This document shows positions 1 through 13,540 of a DNA stretch of 64,000 bases, piece by piece (positions within the stretch are counted from its first letter, which is position 1; every line of letters begins with the position of its first letter). Source of the stretch: the human T2T-CHM13v2.0 reference genome, Homo sapiens. The notes below the pieces were generated by a model, which saw nothing but the letters and a program-made list of their open reading frames with translations, made no database searches and was not told the DNA's origin. The position numbers and the translations under genes are program-made. The stretch is from NCBI RefSeq assembly GCF_009914755.1, contig NC_060937.1; one strand, 5' to 3'.

Positions 1-1108
1 ATTTATAAAAGACACGAGCAATAGAAAGCCTGTTGCAGCCCCAGGCATGCTCAGGAATATATGGCATCTCCTTTGCTCCTAATAAATATATTATGTGAAC
101 AGCCTCACCGTTGCTTCAGTATTTTGTTTTCATATCAGTCTGTGGGCTGTCTAGATTTCTAACGCAAATTTAAGGCAATTTCACATTTGCCTTAATGAAT
201 TGTTTTCTACAGAATATGCGGTAGGTAAATATTATTTTAAATGGATCTTAAATTTCTCTTACAATATGTTTCGAACTCTTAGTATTAAATGTGCTGATTT
301 TCACCGATTCTCACCATCCCTTGTGAGCTGCACTTGAGGGGTCTGCATGTTTGACTGGAGACCGTGAAGCATTTAGAAAAGAGGCCGAGGCCACAGAAAC
401 CAGCCCCAGTGACCTGAAGACAGGCACTTTCCCTAGGCAGGGAGTGGCATGTTCCAAATGTAAACAGGGACACTTCCCTCCCCTCAGGGTGAAAAAACTG
501 AATTTATTTGAATACGAGTCTTTCCAGGAGACTTGTGTATCCAACGGTTCAGCGGGCTACAGAAGGCATATCGATGCTTTCCAGCCCTCTCAAAACAAGT
601 GCCCTCCCGTCTCCCCAAGTTCTCCATCCAGACAGACCCTGAAGCTGAAGCATTTGGCTCAGAACTTCAGTTTGGACAGGGCAATCGCAGCACACACAGT
701 TCTGTGCTTGCTGTGAAACACGAACCATTGCCCTGCATAGCTGCTGGGCCACCCTTTGTGGTGCTGTCTTTGGACTGGCACTTTTCAAGCGATGATAAGA
801 AGGAAAAAAATATATCAGGAGTCCCTTGCGACCCTGACCCAGCCTCCCAGAATGGGGAAGGGGCCTTCTCTTAATGCAGGTAGAAGTAATTCTATTGAAA
901 GATGCCTTGTCAGTTAAACAGACACATTCGAGGTTTAACTTGGCCTCCACGCGTCCCTGTCTTCATTTGTATTTCAATAATTTTATTTTGCGGAGGAGCA
1001 ATTTCCAGGGAGGTATAGATATCTGTACAAACTGAGGTTTTATAATAAATATCTGGGTGCGGTTTCCAAAGTTAAAGCCTCCTTTTTCTGTTAACATCCC
1101 ATTTTCAG

Positions 1109-1276
1109 GTGCAACAAGTAGTAAAGAAACCCTGGATATTCTCTACGCCCGGCAAAAGATTGTTGTCATAGCGAAAGCCTTTGGTCTCCAAGCCGTAGAT
1201 CTGGTGTACATTGACTTTCGAGATGGAGCTGGGCTGCTTAGACAGTCACGAGAAGGAGCCGCCATGGGCTTCACTG
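1109..1276 (+). CDS. CLYBL: CLYBL coding exon (exon 6 of the canonical transcript, 168 nt, ~aa 212-268)
   Basis: Acceptor cccattttcag|GT, donor ACTG|gtatga. Translates (G)ATSSKETLDILYARQKIVVIAKAFGLQAVDLVYIDFRDGAGLLRQSREGAAMGFT(G), recognised as the CitE/CLYBL TIM-barrel region. Confidence 0.97.
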
Positions 1277-3261
1277 GTATGATTCCTGTCTTAGAAAGCA
1301 GTGTCTAAATTAGCAAGCATTCCAGAAAAATAGAAATTTGACCCGAAAACACCCCTAATCTCATCAGATATCTCCCATACTTACTCCACTATTTGAAATA
1401 TGAGCAAGTCACACAGGGGAAGAACTTGCCAGACACATTGTCATGGTTTTCCTTGGCCCTGCAAGTCAACAAATCACTCATTTTATTTCCTCTTTATATT
1501 AGTTGCTTTTTTTTTTTTTCTCTCCATCCTCTTAATCATTTTGTTGTAGTCTTGGCTGACCTGTAGGGAGGGATGAGGCTGCTCAAAAAGTGTTTTTGAG
1601 TGAACCGCCATAAGAATTTTGGTTGATGGACAGAAGAAAAATCTCCTAGAATATCCAAAATTTAATTCATTTCTGAAAAAAAATGTTGGTGATATTGTCT
1701 TTGGTTTTTGTTTTGTTTTTTACTCATAACTAGTTTTTTGCTCTTCTGCCACTCCAAGCCCCTCCTCTCTCTCCCACCTCCCAGTAAGTGTCCGTGTACC
1801 TGGCGACACCTACGGGCATAGGCTGGCACTAGGATCAGCGGGTCCCTTGCAGTCCGGTCTGGGGCACAGGCGGGTATCTGTTGATTGGTGTGCCTGGTCA
1901 CTCAGGTCCCCATGAGCCAGGGGAGCAACAGAAAATTGTGTTTTTACAACAGAGATCTATTTTTCGAAAAACCACAATAGGAGTCTACACACAAACATAC
2001 ACATGGAGTTGCACACACACAAACTGACAACCATGGGAAAAACACAGTGCACTCCTTCACTCTTACCTGTTCTTCTGTTGTTGAAAGTTCTAAGAATATT
2101 AATATCAGAAAGGCACCCGAATAATTAGGAAAAGAGACGAGCATCCTGATATTCCTGTTATAACTGTTTTTGAAATATATCTAGGTAGCGGTTACCGAAA
2201 GAAAGGTTTCATAAAGCAGGCTTAAACGTGAAAAATATCTTAATGGATGATGATTTAGTCCAAAATAAAACTGAATGACCTAAGAAGCTATTCTAGTGTT
2301 ATATTCAAATTAAATAAAGCTCTGAGTTTGTTCTTGTGTTTTTTACACAAAGAGCTAAAATAAATATGACCCCCCCCAATTTTTTAAATAAGTGTGATCT
2401 CGTATAGGGAAATACTCTTCAATTATCTGAACTATTAATAAACGAATTCTCCCTGCGTTTCATAGCGACTGAGGAAGAAAGGAGTCCTCTGCCACATCCA
2501 TGCAATTGTGCTTGTTCCTGCCTCTTTCCAACGGCTGGTTAGGATGTGACCCAAATGGAAAAGTTGGAGAAAAACTCCATGAAATTTATCTAATAGACCC
2601 TGATGTTGTTGGCCTGCAATGTATGGCACTGGCTGCCAGGCGGCCAGATGTTGCTCTGAAATGGGAACTAATTCGATAAAAAAGAGAAAGCACTGCATCG
2701 ACACTGGCCCCTCCACCATCACCCAGCAGAATCTGAGTTTCCTCTGCCTCCTCTGGGGTAAATGTTTGCCCCAGAACTTCTCTGGGAGCTGGAGAGTGTC
2801 TCCAAGATACAGGACTGAATTAACTTGGCCCCTAATTCAATCGCAGAAGACAGGCTATTTCAAATCAGGTTTAAATTTCTAGACTGTGCCCAGCTCAGCA
2901 CGAGAAGCTTATGGACCTGGCACTATTGTTTCTCCACGACGGGGAGTATTAAATCGCTAAAAAAAAAGGGGGGAAGCGAGGATAATGGGAAGGCACAGAG
3001 GGCACAGTGCCCATTATATATTCAAGGGAACGAGGCCATAACTAGGGAGCCACACTTCGTAGGCAGTTTGCAATTTTTAGAAAGTCTTTGTTGCCCCAAT
3101 TATATTTCTGCATACCAATAAGAGGTAATCAATCTGATAATAAGATAGATTATTTGTAGTCATTTTTTAAATAAATGTTTTTTAATGAGTACTTTAGACC
3201 ACTCAGGATGTTTGTCCTAGTTGTTTGGCATTTGATTGCCATACCTTGGGCCTTGCACAAG

Positions 3262-3335
3262 GAGAAGAAAAAGAAGGAAAGAAAAAAAAGGAAAGGAAAA
3301 GTGGGGAGGAGAGAGGGAGGGATGGAGGAAGGAAG
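3262..3335 (+). repeat. GA-rich polypurine low-complexity tract
   Basis: gagaagaaaaagaaggaaagaaaaaaaaggaaagg...ggagggatggaggaaggaag. Confidence 0.8.
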
Positions 3336-5807
3336 ACATGTCTTATCTGAAGCAGGTGGTTGAAAGGTTTAAAATCCAATGAAAGTATTGTGTTATCCAT
3401 AACGCTGGTAAGGAAGACTAAGTCTGTGCTATAAGGATTGCCTTTACTTTTAAAAATGATACATATTTTTAATGAGTTGTAGTTTTTAAAAGTTAGCTGT
3501 AGTTTCTTTTCTGCGGTCGTTTCCCAGAGTCACAGTCCATGTCGATTGATTTTAAATCAATGCATTGGCTGTATAAATGGCCATTAACTTTAGGAAATTT
3601 TTTATAAAAAAGAAACCAAAACTAAATCTTGGAATAAAGCTTTAACAGCTGACTTAGTCATTACAGTTACTCCAGTGCTACATGCTGAGAAGAAAGATTA
3701 TAAATATGAAGCACTATAGGTTTTCTTCTTTTTTGCAGTCTATTGTAGAAGACAAAAATGACACCATCATACAGTTACCTAAAAGACTTGACAGGTATTG
3801 ATTTAAAGCACGATATATCAAGCGGTACTGTAAAAAGGATTTCATGGTCATAAATTTTAATGTCTTCCAATTTTGCACCCTCTCAGTAACTTGTCAATAA
3901 CAACTCTTTTGTATAAAATATTTGCCTGGTTCCCACATGCCATTAAAGTCTGCTATACAGTTGTTGGAATATATAAGATGTGACAAAAGAGAACTTCACA
4001 TATGAACGTTCACACATTTCTAAAACCTAACATGTATCTTAAAATTAGCCTCATTGCCAAAATATAGGTACTGGAGGATGGAGAGCTAGCAGTGATTTCA
4101 CAGTATTTTAAGTAGTTTATGTTTTGCTCCTCAAATTATAGTGCATGTACCAAGAAGTTCCCATGAAATCTGGCTTTTTACGCATTGGTGTAAATTATGT
4201 ACATAAATTATGAAATTCAGGGCTAACAATTAGGAGGAAATGACTACCAGAACTGACATCCTTTATTAACAATATCCCGACAACTATTAAATTACTTAAA
4301 TATAATCTCGATACCTACTACCGAAAAAAGCCCTCTTGTCATCCCTCATGTTATTCGTTCCCAGAAATTATTCCTCAGGTAATTTAAGGAATCTTTACTT
4401 ATATAAGTGTTTAACATTTTATTAGTATGCTGACAGAAAAGAATGAAATAGCAATGTGAGGATGTTTTAATTATGCCATTGGAAAGAAAAGATATTATTA
4501 TATTTATCCACTTAAACTCTTTTACATGAAACACTAAAAATATGTTTTTACAAGCATCATTCCTTTTTTCATTCTAATAGAATAATGACAATAGGAATTG
4601 ACAGCAAGGATATAAAACATCAAGGATATAATTTCTACTGTCTAAATGTTAAAATAACTATTTCAAAAGCAAAGCAAACTGATATACCAACAAATATATT
4701 CAGCAGAGTAAATGATCATTAAGTGTACATTCATTTTTAAAGAGCCAATTATGTTCATAACTTTATCACGTAACAATATAATCTCATCATTATTATAACA
4801 TTAAATTATGTTGCATTTTATTAATGATCTGATTGGATTCTACACTTCCCTGATTGTTAAATTGTTTTTTTAATGACTGCATTATTTCACAAAATCCTGT
4901 GGCTCTTATCTTTGTGTGATGTTTTCATTTAAAATCTTTCAACTATAAAAAGAATCATAAATCTTTTTGGAAGGTATTTCTACAGAGATAAGATTTCTTC
5001 TGGGATATGTAGGGTGCTATAAAGAGGGAAATACCCAGTCTTGATTCTATAAGCCAAAAGGGAAAATCTGGGTATATTTTTGGACAGAGAAACTTTAAGT
5101 ATTTATTTTTTAATTTTTAAATGGAGTAATCTAAGGCTGCAGTGTTCAAATCTGCCTTCTATTTTACCATACTGAATAAAATATTTTCATTCAAATCCAA
5201 TTTTCTATTGGGGGTTAGAATTGACACATAAACTGTTCATTTAAAAGAAAAACAATTAAATATACTATTGTAAAGCTGTATTTGATAGTAATATAGTTGT
5301 AATGACTGCCTCTGTAAGCTTTATGAAAACCAGCAGACCATTTCTAAGAGAAATCATGGAAAGAGGTATAATTCTACAAAGAAAGCAAAAGACACCTTAT
5401 AAAATTTGAGAGAATTCTCATTTAATTTTTTTCTACTTCAACTCAAAATAATCCCTCTAATTTGCAGACATTATCCTTTAAAGTCCCAGCCAAAGCAGTT
5501 ATTCAACAAGCTGCCTAGTCAGCCCACCTGTAACTAAAAATAAGAGATTATCTGCCCTAAGGTGGCATTTCTATAGGATCGGAAACACAATTACTTCCAT
5601 TGTTGTAGTTGTGCTTCTGTGGTATTCTGGAAAAGCCTGTCTGATTGCAGGTTTTGTTTGTTTTGTTTTGTTTACTCAATAAAAAGTTTTAAATTAGTTA
5701 TTTAACATACAGTCTATGAGGCCTTCAGGAACCTCACGCGATAGAAACATTTTGTTTGAACATCTGTTCGTTGTTTCGTGGTTCCGATGTTATTAATATT
5801 CTTGTAG

Positions 5808-5932
5808 GTAAGCAGGTGATTCACCCTAACCAAATTGCCGTGGTCCAGGAGCAGTTTTCTCCTTCCCCTGAAAAAATTAAGTGGGCTGAAGAACTGATTG
5901 CTGCCTTTAAAGAACATCAACAATTAGGAAAG
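5808..5932 (+). CDS. CLYBL: CLYBL coding exon (exon 7, 125 nt, ~aa 268-309)
   Basis: Acceptor ttcttgtag|GT, donor AAG|gtaaat. Phase 1 matches the previous exon. Translates GKQVIHPNQIAVVQEQFSPSPEKIKWAEELIAAFKEHQQLGK, containing the CitE-family GKxxIHPxQ motif. Confidence 0.97.
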
Positions 5933-8511
5933 GTAAATGTTTTGTTAATGCCTTGGGTGAGAGCAGTATTGAAAATATTGTCGGGAAGAATGAAACAAAT
6001 ACGTTGTGTGAATGGTTTAAGAAAACTCATCGTATCTGGAGAGGGGGGAAAGGGAGGGAACACAACATTCACCAGTGAGAAAATTGCTTGAGATAGATTT
6101 GCCCTGCCCATGTTCCTAAATACTTCACTAACTGGCTCTCAAGTCCCTCATTTTATTCTTTTCATAAAATATATTGGCAGCCTTAGAGAAAATAGAAGTC
6201 TGTTTAGTTTTTCTCTACAGACTTCTATGCAGCATTCATATGAAAATAATCCTAGATCAAAGTGAGAACAAGTTGTAATGAAATAAACACAGTTTGACTA
6301 AATGGTTCTTGTGGAGGAAAGAAATAAATTGCAAGTTATTTTAATTTGGGGGGAAAAAAGTACAGAAATCTCCTCCGGTTTAGTCATTTAAGAGTGGGAG
6401 GTTGTATATGTGTTTGTACCAATTTCTGGACCTGAGATTTGGATGGAATGGAAAGCAAATTAACACTGGAGTACGGTTGTTCCTAATTTAGTGCATCATT
6501 GAGCCTCGCGTTTCCTGCTCTGTGGGTTTCTGCTATGTAAATATTGCAGTGGTAATGCACAATCTGTCTCCACTTTGTGCCAGTAACACTTAAATTAGGT
6601 GTCGCCTGAAGGAAGATTTTATGCTAGTTGCAGCATTGTCAGTTAATTATCTTAAAGGTTATTTGCAATAATACCGTTTGCCTCTTTTTAAGAGGATAGG
6701 AGGGAAAGTTACATTTATAAATCTATCCTAGAGGTAATCTCTAAACTCAGCCTGTGACTTCCAGAAGGAGTAAAGTTTTGATACCTATAATGCAAAATTA
6801 CTTAGGAGAAAGAATATTGAAAATTTATTACAGTTCTGAATATTAAACATTCCCCCCTGCAAAAAAAAAAAAAAAAGAAAAAGAAAAACTGGTTTTTAGT
6901 GGTGACCCTGAACCTGTGACATCCATGTGAGACATGTCCCTCGCACTTTTCACTGGCAGCAAGGACACCTGAAAATCCCAGGACTTGCCAAAGTGGGCAA
7001 CAATATTAAATGGGTCATTCCCTAAGGATGTCCACATTCAACCCATGCACACATGGGCACACTCACACACCAGCAGGCTCATCTTTGTACAAACTCACAC
7101 TTAATCTCCAAAGGCAGAATATATTACGTTGGAAATACCCAATTTGGACTTACACCAATTTCATGATAAATAGCATCTTTCCATTTCCCATCAACAGTGG
7201 CCATCAGAAAAGTAATGCATTTCATAGAAACAATATTTTAAGTTGACCTTGTGTTTAGTGTCCATTTTTGTGTCTTAACCCCAGATCAAGATTCCCATGA
7301 GTAAATCTATTCACCTAGAACGAAGAGCCACGGACTCTCATTCACATGTCCATCCATCCCCTTCCCTTGCATACCTGCCCACGCATACCCACACCGAATG
7401 CTCTATACCTCTGCTACAAGCCTTGTGCCAGCTGAGGACAGGCATGTCATAAACACCTCCTGGTGAAATAGGAAACTGAGGCAGCATGTGGACCATTGAA
7501 ACGAGAGAGCAGAGTTCCAGTCTGGGCCAGCACTGTGTCTATGACCCATCCCAGCTGGGTTTCACATTGGGTAGCATCAAAGGAGGGCAGTTGGCATTGT
7601 AAGCAGATAGGGGTGTGGGAGAGTTTACCCTGAATTTCAGTAGCCAACAAACAGAAGTCAAACCAGAAACACTTGCTTTGCTCAGCATTTAAGTTTTTGA
7701 ATGAGGAAAATGGCCCTTTTCCATTGTATCTTGAAAAGCGTTGTTCCCTGGGAAAACGCTCCCAAAGTTTTCACACCTTTTGATGATGGCAACTTAAATG
7801 TTCAATTCTGGACTTTTTTTTTTTTTAAATAAGAAATGCCCTCTCGTTGGGGCATAAGCTCTCACAACAGTGTGGCAGGATGGCTTTTCTTAACACAGAA
7901 CCATAGAAATTAGAGCAGAGGGGAGACTAACTATTAGGTAATTTCTTCCCTGCCCCATTTGTGGAGGTTTGTTTCCTATAGCAAATTCTCCTGGTGTTTT
8001 GTCCAGCAAGGTTGAAATGATTCAAGTAATGGGGCTTCCAGTAGGGACATATGGTTATTTTATCCAGTTAGCATGTTTCTTTCACTTTGCCTATAAACTG
8101 GCCGGTCACAGAAATTGGATCTGCAGGTAGGTGACTCTGGATCTTGAGGGGATCTTGGGGTTTAAATAATGTGGGTTCTGTTTGTAAAGATTTTGTGTAA
8201 ATAGGTTGCACAATTATATAAAGTATTGCTTCCAACAAACATCTAGTCTGTTTTATGTCAAATGTGAATCACTGATGAACACGTGAACCCTCAGATATTT
8301 TGTCCAAAGCACAGATGACTCTCTCAAAGATAGGAAACTGATGGTTTGTGTCCTAGTGTGACAGTCACAAATTTCCAAAAGACCTTTTTCCTCCCTCTGA
8401 TGAAAATTTCATTCAAGTAATGCTTTTAAGTAGAAATGACCCAAGAAGGAAAAATTATGTATCTTTGCTTTTCTGCACTTCTTCCTGCTCTCATCTTAAA
8501 TTATATCCTGC

Positions 8512-8581
8512 CCAAACATAAAGGTATAGCTGAAGTTCACAGTTAGCCAAACATAAAGGTATAGCTGAAGTTCACAGTTAG
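8512..8581. repeat. Perfect 35-bp tandem duplication
   Basis: ccaaacataaaggtatagctgaagttcacagttag occurs twice with 100% identity (8512-8546, 8547-8581). Confidence 0.95.
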
Positions 8582-11010
8582 TGCTGAGCCATTTGTGTTT
8601 TCTATAGTAATAATCATTACTATTATTCAAACATAAAAGCTCTACCCTTTCTTCCTGTCCTGTCCAAATGGCAAAATTCATGGGACTACTTAGACCATGA
8701 GCAGATAAATTATTGGAGTTCAGACTTTGGTATTACAGAATTTTGGGGATGTTTATTTTAATTAAAAGTCCTAAGGAAATAAAGTTTGGTGTCCTTGGTA
8801 TAATGTTGGTTGACAATCACTTTACATTAAAACAAATAACAATCAGCTCATATCATCTGTCCCTGTTTGGCAGGCAGCGATTCTTGTGGCTGCTTTGTTT
8901 CAGGAAACTGAAAGATATTTTCAGGCTAAAAAATTTTGCTTGGCACCGTAGTCCAGTAATCAGAGTTAGGGCTAGAGACTGACACTGGGGACTCTAGGTT
9001 ATCTTATCTTATTAAAATCTGTTGGAAAAAGTTTAAAGATTCCAAATAATCTCTGCTCCTATGTTAATTCCCAGAAACTAAAATGTTTTTAATTTAGCTG
9101 ACATCAGCTGTAAGGTTTCCATCCACAATATTAATCAAACTGACTTTCTTCCATCCTTCCAGAAAAATGTTTTTTGAGATACAACGTGCATACCATTAAT
9201 TATTTTAGTTTCAAATTATTTGGTAAAATGCTTTAGGCAGGATAAATCATTTCCACATGATTTGTTTTAAATTTATAAAGGATTTTCTTAAAAGTTAATT
9301 CCATTTTTATGTCTTTTTTTATAATAATGGTGATTCCATTAATATTTGAAAATTCTTCATTCAGAACTGAATTTAATATGCTTATTAAAGTAATAGGATT
9401 TCAACAGTTCTTTTTTATCAATAAAGAATTTTATATACTGTAAAAATTGGATACTTGAAAACATCTCAAGCAAATAATCATCTAATATTGATATCAATAG
9501 AAATAATTTTATATAAACACATATAGCATACATGTTTATACAACATATAAACATTCAAGTATGTATGATAACGTGTATTTCCTCAAATCTATATTATGAG
9601 CTTAGTGCTAAAGTTTTTATCTTTCCATATTCATCACTCTTAGGCAAAAATGACAGCTAAAGGAAACAGTCAGTTGCTTTTTTAAAACAGTCACTAATCA
9701 CAGGAAATGTTAATATAGGAATTTACTATTTCTTTCCAAATGGAGACTCTAACAGAAGAATGCGAAGGAATAGCACAATATATTACGTGTGTCAAAATTT
9801 TAAAGATACTCTGCTAGAATATTCATATTTTGCAGTATCTGGCTACAAATATGGCTTTGCTTCATTTTCAGTTTTCCAGACATTCTCTTTGATTCATATC
9901 ATGGCTGTACGTGCTTTGTTTGGTTTTGGAAGGATTTTGTTTGGCTTTTTCAATATTTCTCCTTCGTTATAGCTTCACAAGTTGGCTAAAGACTGAGGAA
10001 GGGGAAGTATTCATCTTTAAATTCTAGGTTCAATTAACAATTACAAATGTCAGAAACAAGATCACTACCTGGCCTAACAACTGTAAGCATCACGCAACCA
10101 ACATTCTCATTTCACTCAGGAGAGAAAAACAGTGCAAGCTGATAAGTTCACATTAGTAAGCACATCTTCTGCTGGAATATAAACTGGAAACATCTCTTAA
10201 TAAAGAAAGAAAAAGGAAAGTAAGAGTTTTTTTCCTTATGTAAGTCTCTTCATCTAGAAACTTTACAAACAGTAATACATCCCTCCTCCCAAAATATTGA
10301 AAGCCCATCATTTTCATAGGTGTCTGATTGCTGCTCGCACACCTTTCATTTCTGTTTCCAAATGCAAGGCTTTACAAAAGAAATATTGCTTGGTCCAGAT
10401 GGCCTTCTAGAAGCCTCCCTGAGAGAACTCAGGAGAAGTTTCTCTAGCCAAAAATATTGTTTCCGCTTATTCAAGTGCCAGAAATCCCACTGCCACTCTT
10501 TCACGCAGATCAAATAAACCATCTAAAGACGTGGTTGTTGTCTTTGTCAACTGAAAGGGTTGATTCCACTATTAGACAACAGTGTATCCTCCCACACCCA
10601 TCCAGCCCACGACCCACAGCCTTCCCTCTGGATTTATGAGCAGGAACACGAAAATCAGAGCTGAGAGGTTTGTAGTGAAAATGAAAGATAAAGGGACATA
10701 ACTCTGTTTTAGAGATTCTTAGTAATTGCACTTTTCTCTTTATTTCCCTGCTCATTTAACATTTTCAGAAAGATCGGCCATAATTTTGATTTTTAAAAGT
10801 CCAGTTCTTAGAAAATCTGAGTCTGCCAATGATGACTTTAAGATTGGATGGATTAACACAAAATTGCGAAATTTTAAACATTTAAAGCAAAGTAATGAAT
10901 TGCTACAAAGTATTGAAATCATATCATATTCTATTTCACTTTTTTTTTTTTTTTTTTTTTTTAGTGGCAAATGGCTGGTTTGGTATTAGAAGATAAGAGT
11001 GTTTTTAATA

Positions 11011-11320
<310 letters not shown>

Positions 11321-12439
11321 TTAATGTAGATTAAATCGGACAATGTTTTAAATTGTTTGCTTTGTCCTTAATTTATAACACACTCTTAAGGATATTTTAA
11401 TCAAAATATTCTTTATCCAGGTTCATATTTTTCCGGGTTTTATTTGCTCAATTTTGATTTTAAATATGTCATTATTTTAGCTGGATGAAATCTCAGAAAT
11501 CTTTTAGTCAGATGCCTTCAGTTTATGACTTAATGCACAGAAACCCAGCAAGGCTTCAGAAGCTGCCCAGTATCACTCACAGCCAAGGTGGAGAGAGGGC
11601 TGCGAGCAGAATTCAGGGCTTAGTTTGTAAGTAAAGATATGGAATATCATAAATGTGTCTTCAGTTGAATATTACAGTGAATACCCACACTCATGACCAA
11701 AACGAGATAGAGCCTTAAATGCACTCAGTCACAATCAAAATCTGGATTTGGGTAGTTCCAATGTATGTCTTTTCTTGAGGATAAGCAGAAACCAATGAGG
11801 AAAGAGAGAAACCAGGGTCTCCACGTGCCGTTCCCCACACGCCTCCCTGCTCAGTGCTGCCCTGCCCTCATCCCCCAGCCCTGCCCCAGGAAGCCTTCTA
11901 GGCTCTGTTCACTGCAAACCCCACTTCACATCATTAGTTATCAGTCGTTCAGTCTCCCAACATAGATTGGAAACTCCCAGAGCAAGCCTGGGGAGCCTTT
12001 GGCAGAGAGGCCATATTTACTCCAAAGCCCAGTGTCATCTCAAGGACATCAAAGGACAGGTCCCCAGAGTCACACTCTCAGTTACACCTGTGACCACACA
12101 CACCCCATGGTGTTCAGTGCCTATGGCAGCAAGATCGAAGTGATGGCCAGGAGAGGATCATTTTGTTCCTTGGACACCTTTCCCTCTCTTTCCTCTTCCT
12201 GTATTTCTCCCTCTAAGGATGGATGGGTCTGTGTGTGTATCTTTCTGTTCCACCCTCATTTTCCTTGCCCTGAATTCTCCATTTCCTCTTTTTCTTTACA
12301 TCTTTTTCTTTCTCACTACATCATCTCCACACCCCAGGCCATCTCTCACCTTCTTTCCTGTAGCTAATTACATTAGAGACTTTCAGAGCATTCTTTTATT
12401 TATTTATTTTTTGGTTGTATTAATTAAAGAATTTTGTAA

Positions 12440-12742
<303 letters not shown>

Positions 12743-13414
12743 CAGAATTTTGTAGTTCTTTTTATACTGAATTTTATTAAAAATACAAAGCAACCATTTC
12801 TATAATTGTCTTTTTTTTCCCCCACTTTAGGTCAGTGGGCCTCAAAAAAAAAGTGAGGCAATTTCTTACCACTACCTTAGGGAATAAAGAATTCTCTCTA
12901 CCGTAGCACGCACCTCCCTGCAGCATCTTGGGCAGAAATAGGTACACGAAACACATTTAGTAAACATTATTTAGCTAACTGGTTTCCAAATTCCTGACAA
13001 TGCTAAAAAAAAATTTATTAGATGTACTTTTAACAGTATATATGACATACTTCTGCTGCCTTCTAGAAAAATTGAAAGAAGATGTTTCCATCAATTATTT
13101 CATCAGTTGTTATTCATCAATTGTGCTTTGAAAAAATGTACCAGTATTTTAGTAAATCTTTCAGTCTCTTCTAGTTAATGTTAACTCATTAAATCTGTTT
13201 TCCAAAGAAAGAATAAGCCTGCATTATTGGTCTTAGCTACAAACTGCTATAAATGGCATTCATTGTTTGCTTTTCTCATAGGCAATAGGAGCTTAAATTT
13301 GATGTCAAACATTTTTAAATAAAGACATTTAAACATTTGGCATGTTACACATTTGTCTTGGTTTTAAAAATAATTTTTAAAAATCTTTAAAGAAGATTTC
13401 TGGTTTCAAAAAGA

Positions 13415-13540
13415 AATCTGAGATGGAGGTGATAGTAGCGGAACTCTACATAATTACTAAAAAATCAATGACTTATGCACGTACAATGGGTGGATTTTAT
13501 GGTATGCAAATCGTACCTCAATAAAGCCACTTTAAAAATT
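13415..13540 (+). mobile_element. Old L1M 3'-end fragment
   Basis: ggtgatag...gggtggattttatggtatgcaaatcgtacctcaataaagc resembles the L1MC/L1ME 3' terminus. Confidence 0.65.

Noticed and set aside
1057-1308. ORF-track entries 1057-1308 and 5756-6091 as standalone genes
   Set aside because: They are CLYBL exons read through into flanking intron. The splice sites define the true limits.
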